In this document: positions 26,701-42,300 of the stretch, in pieces
Numbering within the stretch: position 1 is the stretch's first letter
How the letters are laid out: each line of letters begins with the position of its first letter
NCBI GenBank assembly: GCA_002245135.1
Contig: NGBS01000881.1
Coordinates: 124,001 to 184,453 of the forward strand
Direction: 5' to 3'
From: Proteromonas lacertae
Taxonomy: Eukaryota
Length of the DNA: 60,453 nucleotides
Position numbers and translations under genes: made by a program
Notes under the pieces: generated by a model
Database searches by the model: none
Seen by the model: only the letters and a program-made list of their open reading frames with translations
What the model was told of the DNA's origin: nothing

Positions 26701-29700
26701 GAATTATGTATATTGTTTCTGATTTTGAAAATGTATAACTTGTTGAAGAATAACTAATTGATGCTTTTCCATTAGGAGATAGATTGATTGTTTTTGTTAT
26801 TAAATTTTCATTATCATATTCTCCATAACCTAATAATAAATCATTTTCACCTCCTATTCGATAATATCCATGTCTTTCTATATTATTATTATTTATTGTT
26901 AGTTTGATTGTTGATGTTGGAGAACATTTACTCACTTTATTATATTCTCCATCTATGTGATTATTGTTATAATAAATTATATTCGAATTTGAATCTTCGA
27001 TTGTTATTGACATTCTTTCAGATGTACTTCGATATTCTAAATCATACATATATCCACTATTTCTACAAGCATTTATTGTTATTCGAATTGTCGAACTTAT
27101 CATTCCTCCTGAATTCTTACATTTTATTACTACTTCTTCATTTATTACTGGATTTAATGGAATTCCACTGATTCTACCACTCATTGAATCAAGTTTTAAA
27201 CCAAATGGAATTGAACTTTCACTTGAAAATACTACTCCACCATCTCCTTCATTATATGATGGAATAACATCGAATTCTTCACCTAAATAACCAATTGGGA
27301 TTTCAGGATATATTAATGAAGAAGGAGGAATAACTTCAATGATTGATATTGTTACTGTAGTTGATAATTTCATTCCATTTCCTGATAATACAATCGTATG
27401 AATTGTGTTTCTTTCTATTGCGGTTGGTTTTCCTTTTATACAACCTTTCGGATCAAATGATAAGCCAGTTGGTAATGAAGGATTAGAAACAAAAGATGTG
27501 AAAGATGAAGGATTTACATTGAAATAGATTGGACAATTAATTGATATTTCTTGATTATAAACATATTCCATCTTTTGATATTTATATTCCACTAAATTGG
27601 AGGGAGAATAATATAACAAATCATCAAATGTTCCTTTCATCGAGGGATTATCTATTGACGTGTATGTCATTTTGAAGAAAGGAGATTTTGTTAATGAATT
27701 CTTATAGAATGTAATTAGAATTGCATTATATCCTGAATATAATCTCACTTTTCTACTTACACTTTTAGATTCATTATTATCACAATTTGATCTAATTATT
27801 TGATTATTTATCTTTACTTCACTATATGAATCTGATGTTATTGTTATATAATAATCATCCACATTATCACATTTTATAAAACCACTCCAATACACTAAAA
27901 ATTCACTCACAAAACTATTACTTAAATCATTCCATATTATTTCATTATTATCATGATTAATAAAACTATCTATTTTCTCTACAATACTATTAGAATAACT
28001 AGGAACATTACAACTTTCATAATCACTCTTAACTATATAATATTTACTGTATAATCCTTTGTTATAAGCATTACCTCCATTATTATCTATTATTATTATA
28101 CTTATGATTATTGTTAATTCTAATGGTAGTTTTCCTTCTACTTTTATCTTATATGTATTTAAATCACTTGATAATGTACATTTACCACTTATTATTCCTG
28201 TTTCATCATCAATTATTAATCCACTTGGAAGAGTTTTTCCTGTTATCGAAAATTTTGATACATAACCATATATTTCTGGTGTAAAACTATTCTCTTCATT
28301 CACATAAAATATTAACATATTATCATTTGGATAGTTAATATATTGTAAGGGAGGAGGATAGTATTTTGAATTTAGATTTGATATTGAACCACTTGAACTA
28401 GAACTTGTATATAATAACACTAAACTTTGATCATTCTTTTCATTATAAGATATGATTATTAATGGATGATATCCTACACTTAATGATATATCAGATGATA
28501 TTAAAACATTGGAATTCTCTGTTTCAATATATGGAATAGAATAATCATCAATAAATAAATAAGCTTTTTCATTCGCTGTTAATAAAAATGTATATACACC
28601 TCCAACATCTACTTTTAATGCTAAATTCCACATTAAATATATTTGATTTATCTTATTATCTGTAAATTCACATACACTTGAAGATATACAATCATATTTT
28701 ACACTATTACTTACTTTTGTTGTAAAACCATATTTCATTTGATAGAAATTACTTAATATTTCTTTACCACCATCTTTATTATTTGATAATAAACCACTAC
28801 CTGCATTGGATATTTCGACTGAAATACCATCTTCTAATAACCCAATTGCTAATATATCATATTTCAAATCTACTGTTACAAATTTTCCACCTGCATTACT
28901 TATCTTTACCTTTATAATTCCACTTGATGTTGATGAATCACTATAAATACCATATATTGAACCATATTTATGATCGATAAGTAATCCATTTGGTAAGACA
29001 GATGATACTTCTACTTCCGTATATATTTTATCACATTTTGGAGGTAATATTTTGAAAAATACATTTTGAGGAATATAGAATTCACTTTGGCCATAACTGC
29101 AACTTGTTAAATCAGAATATATCACTAGTGTGGCTGTAAATATACAATATCGATTATCAATTGTTTTGGCTGTTATTGTATATATTTCTTCATTTATATC
29201 ATAACTTACTTTACCAGATATTCTACCATTATTATCAATTGATAATGTACTTATTAGAGGAGGATCAATTGATTCAATAAGATTTATTGGAGTATTACAT
29301 GTTGGAATAGCAGATAATAATTCATTCACTTTTTTCATAATCTTTGAACCATATTCGCATATTGGAATCTCTTCATATTTTATTATTGTAAAGGTTTTAC
29401 TAAATATGGATATTTGATTGTTATTATAAGCACATTTGATTTTTACTAATATCGAATTACCACTACTTATTTTACCACTTATTCTACCTGATTCACTATT
29501 TATTGATAAACCAGGATAACTACCATCAAACGAGTATGATTGATATTCTGGTTTGGATATTACATTTCTATTTGTATTATAGTTATTATATAATATATAA
29601 TTATCATATTCCAATGTTGTTGGTTTATTATTATATATTCCTATTGACATTAAATAACTAGAACTCCATCCTCTTTTATTTTGAACTTGAATTTCATAGT

Positions 29701-32700
29701 CTTCTCGAGATATTTCGGAGTTTGGAATTCCACTAATTTCACCTGTATTACTATTAAATAATGATAATGGAGGAGTAATTCGATATATCAGCTTGTTCAT
29801 ATCACCACTTATTACAGTTGGTATTGTTGAATCAATATTATCTCCTACATAATATGTTAAATATTGTTTGTTATAACTAATTGTTGGATATTTCAATTCA
29901 CACTTCGAATGAACTTTCCATTCAGTTCTACCAGATACATATAAACATTGTTTCTTATCTAAACCTTCATAATGTTCTATACAATTCTTTGTCTTGTTTT
30001 CATTTGGACCACCTGATCCCATTCCATCATTCTCATCTATGCATTCAACATCTATATAAAATATAAATAGATAATTTAAATATGTTATATTATACAGATT
30101 ATATGTAAAGTTATTTCTTCAAAATGAGAATTATCTCCTCCATCACCTTTTACTCTTATTGTTCTGTCATATGTTGAACTTGTTTTAACTGCTCCTTTTA
30201 TTTCACCAGTATGAAAATCAATTTCAATACCTTCTGGTAAAGCAACAGAATCACTATAGTAATATGAAGGAAATTCGGAATTCACTGGATGAGATGGTTT
30301 ATAAGAAACATAAACATTTCGTATGAAATTCAAAGTATCAGGATAATTGAAACTTGTTGGAAGTGAATTATAAACAGCTATTGAAATAATAAATTCTTCA
30401 CTCCATCCTCTCGAATTAAGTGCTTGAATTGAGAAATTCTTTCTATCAAATGATTCTGTTGGTATTCCATTAAAACTACAACTTGAAGGATTAAATATAT
30501 TAAATGATGGATTAATTTGACATCTTAAAAAGTTTGTTTGAGGGGAATATGTAATTGTCAATGAGGCAGATACATCTTTATAGAAAGATATATAATCTGT
30601 TGATGAAGTCAATGAAATATATTTCAATAAACATTCAGAATTCTGTTTCCATTTTATTGTATTACCTTCTAAAATACATGTTTTATTATCTAAACCTTCA
30701 TAACCAGATTCACATTCGTTTATTACTGTTTCATTCATTATTCCAACTGGATCTGAACATTTCATTTCTTCAGCTACTTTATAATTGAAGGAATTACTTT
30801 TTGAATCAAATGTGACAGTCAATTGACTATTTCCTGGTGTTACAGAACTATCAACTTTACCACTTATTACTCCATTATATTTATTAATCGTAATACCACT
30901 TGGTTGATTAGATATTACCCAATTTGATACATCTCCATCTACTGTTGGTTTATATGAAACTGAAAATTCTTTATAAAATATCAATTCATCATATTTTACA
31001 GAATTGGCAGGACATACATTTCCAGGTTTATTGGTTGATGGATCTAAACATTTAGGTTCTATACATTAGAATATATAATTAATAAATATAATAATAATAT
31101 ACTATTCACTTGAATAAATACCATCGAAGATAATTTGCTTAAATCAAAAAATGTTATCGTAATTGTAAATTGAGTTCTTTCTAATTCAGTATATGGAGTT
31201 CCACTGATTATTCCATTCTCATTATCAAAATTTATACCTAATGGTAAATCTTTATCAATTGAATATCCTTTTATTGATTTACTATCTGATTCTGGTTTAG
31301 TTTCACTGTAATAACCAACATAGAATGATACAATCATTGGATCATAATTGATTGAACTTGGTTTAATCAATTTACAATTATCTGTTATTGAAGATGACCA
31401 TCTTTGATCGGATAAACATTCTCGAACTTTATTTCCTTCATATCCACTACTACATTTCATATAACACTTATTACCTACACTACAATCTTTCCATTCATCT
31501 TCACTTGCACAATATTTCATTATTCCCCATCTAGGTACAAATTCTGCTAATTGAATTCCTTTACCAAATGATCCTTCCCAATTCTTGACTTTTAATATTT
31601 TTATTAAAAAACCTTCATAAGGTAAATAATATGGATTATCAAATCCAAAACTCTTTCCAACTCCACGATCATTTGATAATTCTCCTTTTTCTACGGAATG
31701 TAATAATATGATATATTCAGTTGGATTTGTATTACTAGCATCTAATACATCAGTTATACCATATATTTCCCACTTATCAGGATCTTTATCAGCATAATTT
31801 GAAGCAGTAATCATATCATAACTATTCATATATAAAGCAGTATTACTATTAAATGTAATAAGTACATTAACACTTTGTGCAGTGGAAGTCATTTGAGTAT
31901 TTATTCTATCATCTGCCATTGGACAAGAACCATAATCAGTATTTCCAATTCTACATTTTAAACTATTATAATAACCATCAAATACATTATCACTTACTCC
32001 TTCTTCTCCATACTCCAATTTGAATTGAAAATCACCTATTGCAGTACTTGCACTTGTACTATGTATTTCAATTGCAATATAAACAAAACCGACGTTCATT
32101 ACAGATAATGGAACTTGAAATATATACTCTTTTGCTGATGAAAAGAAATTAACAGCATAAGTTGTAGCAGTTACATCATTTCCATCAAATTTCATATTTC
32201 TTCTATATATTTGTTTTCCATTTATATAAATAATCACTCCATTTTTATAAGTGACAGTTCCCTTAATGAATAAAGAAGAAGGATGAGAATCATAATAGAA
32301 ATATTTTCTTAAATATAAAACCCCATTTGTTGTTGTTGTTGGTATAGTAGCACTATTACATGTTAAACTCCATTTATTATTCTCAAAGCCTGTTTTCCAA
32401 TTTGTTTCATAGACAGTATTATATTCATACTCTTCATCAGGAATATTCTCAATTATGTATTTATATCTAATAATATGTGTTTCAGTTGATTTATCATGAG
32501 AAAATACTGCTTCACCAAATAGTTTTGTGTTTTTATCTGTTTTAACTACCAATTTAGTTGTATCACTATCAAACATATCAGATCTAGAGAATATCACTTG
32601 AATTGCACCTCGAGCTTTACAAAATGAATAATAAAAATGATAATCAGATTCAGGTATTATTGTAGTATATATTGATTCACTCTCATAGTTAATCTCGACA

Positions 32701-35700
32701 TTTTGAATTGAATGACTATTAGATAATGTATATTCTGTTGTATATAATAAATCATAGTCATTTTTGCATTTATCTTTACTTATTAATGTTATTGTTGTTG
32801 GTTCACTATCTCCATGTGAATTTGTTGCTTTTATAATTATTTCATAAATTTTACTAGTTTTTAAATAACCACTTATTTCTCCTGTTTTTTCATTAAACTC
32901 AATATGAGGAGGTAATGATGTTGATATTAATATAAAATGATCTGCACCATTTATTACATAAGGTGAAACATAGATTGAGGTAAAAATATAAACATTAATC
33001 ACTGTCTTTGAAAATCGAACAATTGGAATATCATTTGTATTGGTGGAAAAAGTTAGTGAAACTGTATTTTCATCATTACTGATTCGATTATAAGTATAAA
33101 GTACATTATCAAAATAGATCTGATAACTTGGACCTCTTTTTCCCCCATTTGATATTACAAAATTCATATTTGGAGATGATAAACAACCTACATAACTATA
33201 TTCTTCGATTGAATTATGACTTGTTTTACTATAATATATGTTAGATCCATCATCAATCTTTACACTAAACAATCCATCATATGAATAATAATTCATAAAA
33301 ATAAACCTATAACCTGGATCACATGGAAGAATAGTTAATTTCCAATTATATTCTATTAGATTCTTATAGGTTTTACATCTGACTGTCACAACTCCATCAA
33401 ATGTCTCTTTAGGTGCTCCTTTTATTTCTCCAGTTTTTCTATCAATTAAAACACCTTTAGGAGCATTGATTAAATCAAACCAAAATACATAATCATAATT
33501 TGCTATTGTAGGTTTTAAATCTGACAATATATCTCCCAAGTGCATTGAGATTTGTCTATAATTTAATTCAATTTCATCAGATGGTTCTAACATTGTCATT
33601 GTGAATTTCACTGGATAATATCCACCATTACTATCTCCTACTTTTATTAATGTTGTATATTCAACTGCAAATGAAATATATTCTTCTATTTTACCACTAA
33701 TACTGCCATCATTATCTAAATGTAACCCTTTTGGCAATGAGGGAGTAATTGAAGCATCTGATAATGTTTTGCCATTAAGATTTACTCCTCCATTTATTAT
33801 ATAATTTTTTTCTATTTCCATTCCTATTTCATATTGAGCTAATTCAGTATAATATCTAATCTGATTTCCTGAGATTATTTGAGCATTTTGATAAATTGGT
33901 ACAAAAGGAGTATTATCAGGAGGTTTATTAGTACCAGTATTTGATGTGATTTGCATATCATAAGTAACATTATCATCATTATTACTCTTCCAGTACTTAT
34001 AAATCAAATCTAATTTTTGTGGTGAACTAAATTTCATTGGGACTGTAGTAACTTCCCCTGTATCACATGTCAATTTAGAATATACATATTTAGTATTAAA
34101 GACTAACTCATATAATGCACCACTTCCTTTCAGTTTCCATCTTTTATGAATACCAGTTGTTGAAACATGCTTACCTACATATTTAACACCCCAAGCTTTT
34201 AAGAAATTTCTATTTAATCCATCAGGTAATCTTGTTGATGGTTGAACTACACCATTAGGAAATGGAAATATTTTCTTTATATCTGGTTGTTTTGTATCAA
34301 AATCAGTATGTGAAATATCTGTACATTCATTTACTGATCTTAAAGAAAAATAACTTCCTTCCAAATACCCAATAAATTGAGTTCCTCCTGCTAAATAAAC
34401 GGTTGTTCTAGCTTCAGCAGAATAAATTACTGAACTGCGATCTTTATTATAAAACTTTCCTTCTAATACTAATACATTTAACATTGGAGAACCTACTTTT
34501 ATTGTAAATTTACCATAATTATATTTTCCATTATCATTTATAACTGAAGTATCTTTATAATTATAATCATGAAATGTACCAATTAAAGTAACATATTGAC
34601 TAAAGCCATTTGTAACTGTATAAAAATTACTTGAAAATTCAAATTTTTGTAATGGTTGAACATCAACATAAAATGGATGAATATCTGTGTTTATTGATTG
34701 CATTGTTGACATACTAGGACTTTTATATTTTGTATAAAGACCTTGTTGACCATTCTGTGCATATGATAAGAATTTAATTGGATAATAACCTTTTGTTAAT
34801 GTCACCTTATAAGTAAATGCATTACTCCATCCTGTAGTAACTCCTTCTGGTTTAGTCATATTACTTCCAAAATATAAAGCTGCATAATCATCATATTTTA
34901 TTTGAAACTGATATTCTCCATCTTCTTCTGCTTTGAATATTGCAGAAAATAAAATATAAAGCTGAACAAACCTTCCAGCGGTTTCATCACATGCACTACA
35001 TTCATAATGTAAATCTGTTATAACTCGCATATTCTCTATATTTCCTAAATGAAAACTCTTAAAGTGTTTTTCATATTCAAATGTATTACCTTGGTTTTCT
35101 TTACTTAAATACATTGTAAACCCTCTCATTGAATCTGGATCTAATATATGGAAAACAATATCAACTATTTTGTGAATATGATTTGTAGTATCACTCAATA
35201 TTAACTTCACTGGATAAGTTTTACTTCTATCAATATATTCAGATAACACTCCTACTATCAATCCTGTATTCATATTCAATTCTAAACCAGGTAATAAAAA
35301 TGATCCATCATCTAATGTCACTGATGTTATTTCACACTTAGGTGGTCCAAGTATTACTGTTGTAATTGGAGTTACATAAATATCCTTCTGAAGTGTATAT
35401 TGACATTCAAATTTGGGATATACAGTAATTTCTATATCAACTATTACAGATACACCTTTAGCAAATGTATAGTTGAATTTATATAAAACATTATTCATTT
35501 CAAAATGTAAATCATGAATATGCATGCTACCATCATCTCTTAAACCAAATGAATCAGATAACATAGGATATGTTACTGTTTCTATTACTTTGGAATTACA
35601 AATTGGATAGATTATTCTATCTTCACCAATATTTAATTCAAGTGGGGATTGTAATGAACATGTATAACTTGAACTACTTGTGGCTCCTGCACGAATTGTG

Positions 35701-36208
35701 ATTGTTAACTGTGTTGATATTGTATGTTCTCCTACTACTGATACTGTACATGGAACTTGATATACTTCTTCTTCTGGAATTCCATATATTGTTCCATTCT
35801 TCTCATCTATCACTAAACCTTTCGGTAATGATTCAGCTGAAAATGTATATGAAGAGGAATAAGGTAAGACTGGAAGGGATTTGATGTTGAATGTTTGTAC
35901 CAATATATCCATTTATAGTGATTTGAGGATAATTTATCTCAAAAGGGTAAGGATCATCTATGAAATTATTACATTTCGAATATACGACAATTTTTGTCAA
36001 ACATTTGTTCCCACTCAATCGAACCAACTTTATTCCTACATAATCTCTGTCTCTTACCATAAAGACCAGTTGGACAGTCAATTGAAGCCACTGTTCCTTC
36101 TTCAGTCTCTGGCCACACTCCATCCTCTGGGCACTGAGCTCCAAATATTATGTTGATCATAAAGAACATACCTATAAAATATTTTGTTGATCTAAACTTT
36201 GATTTCAT
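14757..36208 (-). CDS. Giant (~7,000-7,100 aa) type I membrane adhesin-like protein: signal peptide, many He_PIG-like Ig domains, 7 PA14-like domains, galactose-binding and discoidin-like domains, Cys-rich HRM-like modules, TM helix, short tail
   Basis: Introns 35985-35958, 31102-31059, 30095-30052, 18603-18567 and 15138-15099 join the ORF-track pieces in frame. N-terminus MKSKF...IIFGA. TM segment GIIVGIVVGVLVIIGVGVFFGI. Needs 1-nt frameshift corrections at ~35870, ~25510 and two at ~20245-20175. Confidence 0.85.
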
Positions 36209-36365
36209 AACCAATTAAATCAAAAACAAAAACCACAATGAAACGACTATATTTATATTGATCAAAATAAATTGTTTTCTTTTTTTTTAATATCAAGCAT
36301 TAAAATAGATATAATCTCTATTGGAATTACATTTTTTCGAAAAAATACATGATAATAACAAAAAA

Positions 36366-39300
36366 TTACATATATTTATCAGATTGTAATAATATTCTAT
36401 GAAGATCAGCATATTGCTCATAAAGAATGTGATTATTTTCTTTTTTATACCTCTCTTTTGGTTTTACAGATGTTTTATTCGACATACTCTTAGCAACATT
36501 AATATGATTCTTGAATATTCTTTCATTTATATGTTTAGCTTTCTCTAATTCACTATCTATCTGGTTTAAATTGTTCTTTATCTCGTATTCTCTTTCTAAA
36601 TATTTAGTTACCATTTTAATATTTTCGATTTTCATACTAATCAATAATTCAATACTTTGTAAATAATCTATATTTCTTTGATTAAATATATTCTCCACCT
36701 TAGAAAAACAATAAATTAAACCAATAATTCTTTGATGATAGTGAACAGGCATAAAATAAAAACGATATTCATTTATATGGTGAATTGATCCATTCACTAA
36801 TACATATGGAACTGCATTATCTTTAGTGTATAATGAATTCTTAGTGATATAAGTAAAAGATTCACATTCTCCATAATGTATAACATCACGAATAATACCA
36901 TTTTTAGGTATTATATATTCTTTTTTATTATTCATTGTTTTTGTATAAATGTGTCTTTCATCATTATCATATAATAACAATATTCCTTTTATATCATTTG
37001 ATATACATGATAGTAGCTTACTAAAGATATAAAATAAATCATCATATGATTTTGTTTTTGATATGATTTGAGATATTTGATTGATAATGACATTATTATC
37101 AAAAACACTTGATTTTTTATGATTTTCTTCATAGTATTCTTCTAAAGAACATGATGAAGATGATATTGGCGATGAATTATTACTAATTTTAGAAACATAT
37201 TTTTGATTTTGAGTGTTTGTATTATTTGGATATTGATATTCAATACTCTTATCATCATCATCATCATCATCTCTGCTTTTATGGAATGGTGAGTCATTTT
37301 CTTTAGATATAATATTACTTTTGTACATTTCTTTATCATCTTGATGATTAAAAGGATTATAATAAGAATATTCATATTTTGATTGATTATGATTAACTAA
37401 ATGATTATCAACAATTAGTGATTCTATTGGATAACTTACATAACAAAAACCACTATTCATAACAGGAATAAGCGAAATATCATTCATAAGTATAGCCATG
37501 TTACTTTTTGGAAGAGTAAATGATAAAGGAGAAAATATTGACACACTAAGATCTTTTCGATTACTTACAAAATTGTTACTTTCTGATTTGAATTTTTCTA
37601 TTGTATTATTATAGTATAAATCAATAATTGGAAAATGACAATAAGAATAACATCTATGTTTATCAGGTATATTAGATTGATATGACTGTTGATAATAATG
37701 ATTAGAATCAATTCCATTGAATCTATTAGTATTACACAAATCTACCGAAAATGGAGAAGAATAACCTGAAGAAAATGATGAAGATGATGAAGAATAATAA
37801 CTAGTGGAATAATCACTCTCTTCTTTTATGTTTAATTCTCTATTTAGCAATAATATACTATCATCATTGTTTCTTTTATTATCTGTTGATTTATTGTTTT
37901 GATGATGATGGTGAATGACACATTTACTATCTTGTATATGTTGTTCTTCTATCAGTTTTCTATTACACTTAGGAGCAGACATATTATCTTTTTGCTTCTT
38001 ATTTTTGTAATTTGAAGATAATAATACTGATGATGCAGATTGAGAGTGATGAGAATGTTTTGATAATGTTTCAGAATGAGGTGATTCTTGATTTGAATTA
38101 TGAGAATTGTTAGGTGAATGATGTGAATGATTTGAATGTTGTGATTGGTGAGAATGATGCGATGGTGTTGAATGTTTTGATAATGTTTCACAGTGAGGTG
38201 ATTTCTGATTAAATTGTATTGATTCATATGTCTTATCGTTTGATGATTTACATATAGAGGAGTGATTATTCATTTCGTTTGGATTCACCATTTCTTGGTA
38301 GTTTTCTTCTATCACATATTTAGGATTTGATAATACATCATTTTGATTATTTGTCATTGTTGAATCATTTTCACATTCATTGTCAAAATCACTTTTAAAT
38401 TCACTTTCAATAGAAATATCATCTTTTGAATCATCAGAATTTTTAATTGATTCTTCATTATTTTCATTTTGATCTATAAATGTAGAAGTAAATGAAGATT
38501 TACATTCATTCTTATCATCAATTGAAAGTGAAGAATTATATTTCATATTGTTATTTATTTTTTCTTCTATATTCAGTATTTCATCTGATTTTGAGATACA
38601 TAATGAATCATTTTCATCAACATATCTTAATCCTAAATCTTTTACTTTAATAGGATGAAGTACTGAATTTTCAGTTATATTTTCTGTAGTTGATAAATGT
38701 TGATCAGATAATATTAATTCATTATTGTTGTCTTTCAATGATATTTCAGAGTGAGGTGATTCTTGATTTGAATTATGAGAATTATTAGATGAATGTTGTG
38801 AATGATTTGATAATGTTTCAGATGGAAGTGATTGAGGAATTTCTTCATTTAAATTCATCAATTCTTTTGGATTATCATATAATTCTGTGGATTTGTGATA
38901 AGAATGTTTTGATGATATTTCAGAGTGAGGTGATTCTTGATTTGAATTATGAGAATTATTAGATGAATGATGTGAATGATTTGAATGATGTGAATGTTGT
39001 GAATGATTTGATAATGTTTCAGATGGAAGTGATTGAGGAATTTCTTCATTTAAATTCATCAATTCTTTTGGATTATCATATAATTCTGTGGATTTGTGAT
39101 AAGAATGTTTTGATGATATTTCAGAGTGAGGTGATTCTTGATTTGAATTATGAGAATTATTAGATGAATGATGTGAATGATTTGAATGATGTGAATGTTG
39201 TGAATGTTGTGAATGATTTGATAATGTTTCAGATGGAAGTGATTGAGGAATTTCTTCATTTAAATTCATCAATTCTTTTGGATTATCATATAATTCTGTG

Positions 39301-42300
39301 GATTTGTGATAAGAATGTTTTGATGATATTTCAGAGTGAGGTGATTCTTGATTTGAATTATGAGAATTATTAGATGAATGATGTGAATGATTTGAATGAT
39401 GTGAATGATGTGAATGTTGTGAATGATTTGATAATGTTTCAGATGGAAGTAATTGATGTGAATGATTAAATGTTTCAGAATGAAGTGGTTGGAGTATTTC
39501 TTCATTTAAATTCATCAATTCTTTTGGATTATCATATAATTCTGTGGATTTGTGATAAGAATGTTTTGATGATATTTCAGAGTGAGGTGATTCTTGATTT
39601 GAATTATGAGAATTATTAGATGAATGATTTGAATGATGTGAATGTTGTGAATGTTGTGAATGATTTGATAATGTTTCAGATGGAAGTGATTGAGGAATTT
39701 CTTCATTTAAATTCATCAATTCTTTTGGATTATCATATAATTCTGTGGATTTGTGATAAGAATGTTTTGATGATATTTCAGAGTGAGGTGATTCTTGATT
39801 TGAATTATGAGAATTATTAGATGAATGATGTGAATGATTTGAATGATGTGAATGATGTGAATGTTGTGAATGATTTGATAATGTTTCAGATGGAAGTGAT
39901 TGAGGAATTTCTTCATTTAAATTCATCAATTCTTTTGGATTATCATATAATTCTGTAGATTTGTGATAAGAATGTTTTGATGATATTTCAGAGTGAGGTG
40001 ATTCTTGATTTGAATTATGAGAATTATTAGATGAATGATGTGAATGATTTGAATGATGTGAATGTTGTGAATGTTGTGAATGATTTGATAATGTTTCAGA
40101 TGGAAGTGATTGGAGTATTTCTTCATTTAAATTCATCAATTCTTTTGGATTATCATATAATTCTGTGGATTTGTGATAAGAATGTTTTGATGATATTTCA
40201 GAGTGAGGTGATTCTTGATTTGAATTATGAGAATTATTAGATGAATGATGTGAATGATTTGAATGATGTGAATGATGTGAATGTTGTGAATGATTTGATA
40301 ATGTTTCAGATGGAAGTAATTGATGTGAATGATTAAATGTTTCAGAATGAAGTGGTTGGAGTATTTCTTCATTTAAATTCATCAATTCTTTTGGATTATC
40401 ATATAATTCTGTGGATTTGTGATAAGAATGTTTTGATGATATTTCAGAGTGAGGTGATTCTTGATTTGAATTATGAGAATTATTAGATGAATGATTTGAA
40501 TGATGTGAATGTTGTGAATGTTGTGAATGATTTGATAATGTTTCAGATGGAAGTAATTGATGTGAATGATTAAATGTTTCAGAATGAAGTGGTTGGAGTA
40601 TTTCTTCATTTAAATTCATCAATTCTTTTGGATTATCATATAATTCTGTGGATTTGTGATAAGAATGTTTTGATGATATTTCAGAGTGAGGTGATTCTTG
40701 ATTTGAATTATGAGAATTATTAGATGAATGATTTGAATGATGTGAATGTTGTGAATGTTGTGAATGATTTGATAATGTTTCAGATGGAAGTGGTTGGAGT
40801 ATTTCTTCATTTAAATTCATCAATTCTTTTGGATTATCATATAATTCTGTGGATTTGTGATAAGAATGTTTTGATGATATTTCAGAGTGAGGTGATTCTT
40901 GATTTGAATTATGAGAATTATTAGATGAATGATTTGAATGATGTGAATGTTGTGAATGTTGTGAATGATTTGATAATGTTTCAGATGGAAGTGGTTGGAG
41001 TATTTCTTCATTTAAATTCATCAATTCTTTTGGATTATCATATAATTCTGTGGATTTGTGATAAGAATGTTTTGATGATATTTCAGAGTGAGGTGATTCT
41101 TGATTTGAATTATGAGAATTATTAGATGAATGATGTGAATGATTTGAATGATGTGAATGTTGTGAATGTTGTGAATGATTTGATAATGTTTCAGATGGAA
41201 GTAATTGATGTGAATGATTAAATGTTTCAGAATGAAGTGGTTGGAGTATTTCTTCATTTAAATTCATCAATTCTTTTGGATTATCATATAATTCTGTGGA
41301 TTTGTGATAAGAATGTTTTGATGATATTTCAGAGTGAGGTGATTCTTGATTTGAATTATGAGAATTATTAGATGAATGATTTGAATGATGTGAATGTTGT
41401 GAATGTTGTGAATGATTTGATAATGTTTCAGATGGAAGTAATTGATGTGAATGATTAAATGTTTCAGAATGAAGTGGTTGGAGTATTTCTTCATTTAAAT
41501 TCATCAATTCTTTTGGATTATCATATAATTCTGTGGATTTGTGATAAGAATGTTTTGATGATATTTCAGAGTGAGGTGATTCTTGATTTGAATTATGAGA
41601 ATTATTAGATGAATGATTTGAATGATGTGAATGTTGTGAATGTTGTGAATGATTTGATAATGTTTCAGATGGAAGTGGTTGGAGTATTTCTTCATTTAAA
41701 TTCATCAATTCTTTTGGATTATCATATAATTCTGTGGATTTGTGATAAGAATGTTTTGATGATATTTCAGAGTGAGGTGATTCTTGATTTGAATTATGAG
41801 AATTATTAGATGAATGATTTGAATGATGTGAATGTTGTGAATGTTGTGAATGATTTGATAATGTTTCAGATGGAAGTGGTTGGAGTATTTCTTCATTTAA
41901 ATTCATCAATTCTTTTGGATTATCATATAATTCTGTGGATTTGTGATAAGAATGTTTTGATGATATTTCAGAGTGAGGTGATTCTTGATTTGAATTATGA
42001 GAATTATTAGATGAATGATGTGAATGATTTGAATGATGTGAATGTTGTGAATGTTGTGAATGATTTGATAATGTTTCAGATGGAAGTAATTGATGTGAAT
42101 GATTAAATGTTTCAGAATGAAGTGGTTGGAGTATTTCTTCATTTAAATTCATCAATTCTTTTGGATTATCATATAATTCTGTGGATTTGTGATAAGAATG
42201 TTTTGATGATATTTCAGAGTGAGGTGATTCTTGATTTGAATTATGAGAATTATTAGATGAATGATGTGAATGATTTGAATGATGTGAATGTTGTGAATGT

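Noticed and set aside
15501..36156. Short plus-strand ORFs overlapping the giant gene
   Set aside because: Antisense shadows with biased composition and no motifs.
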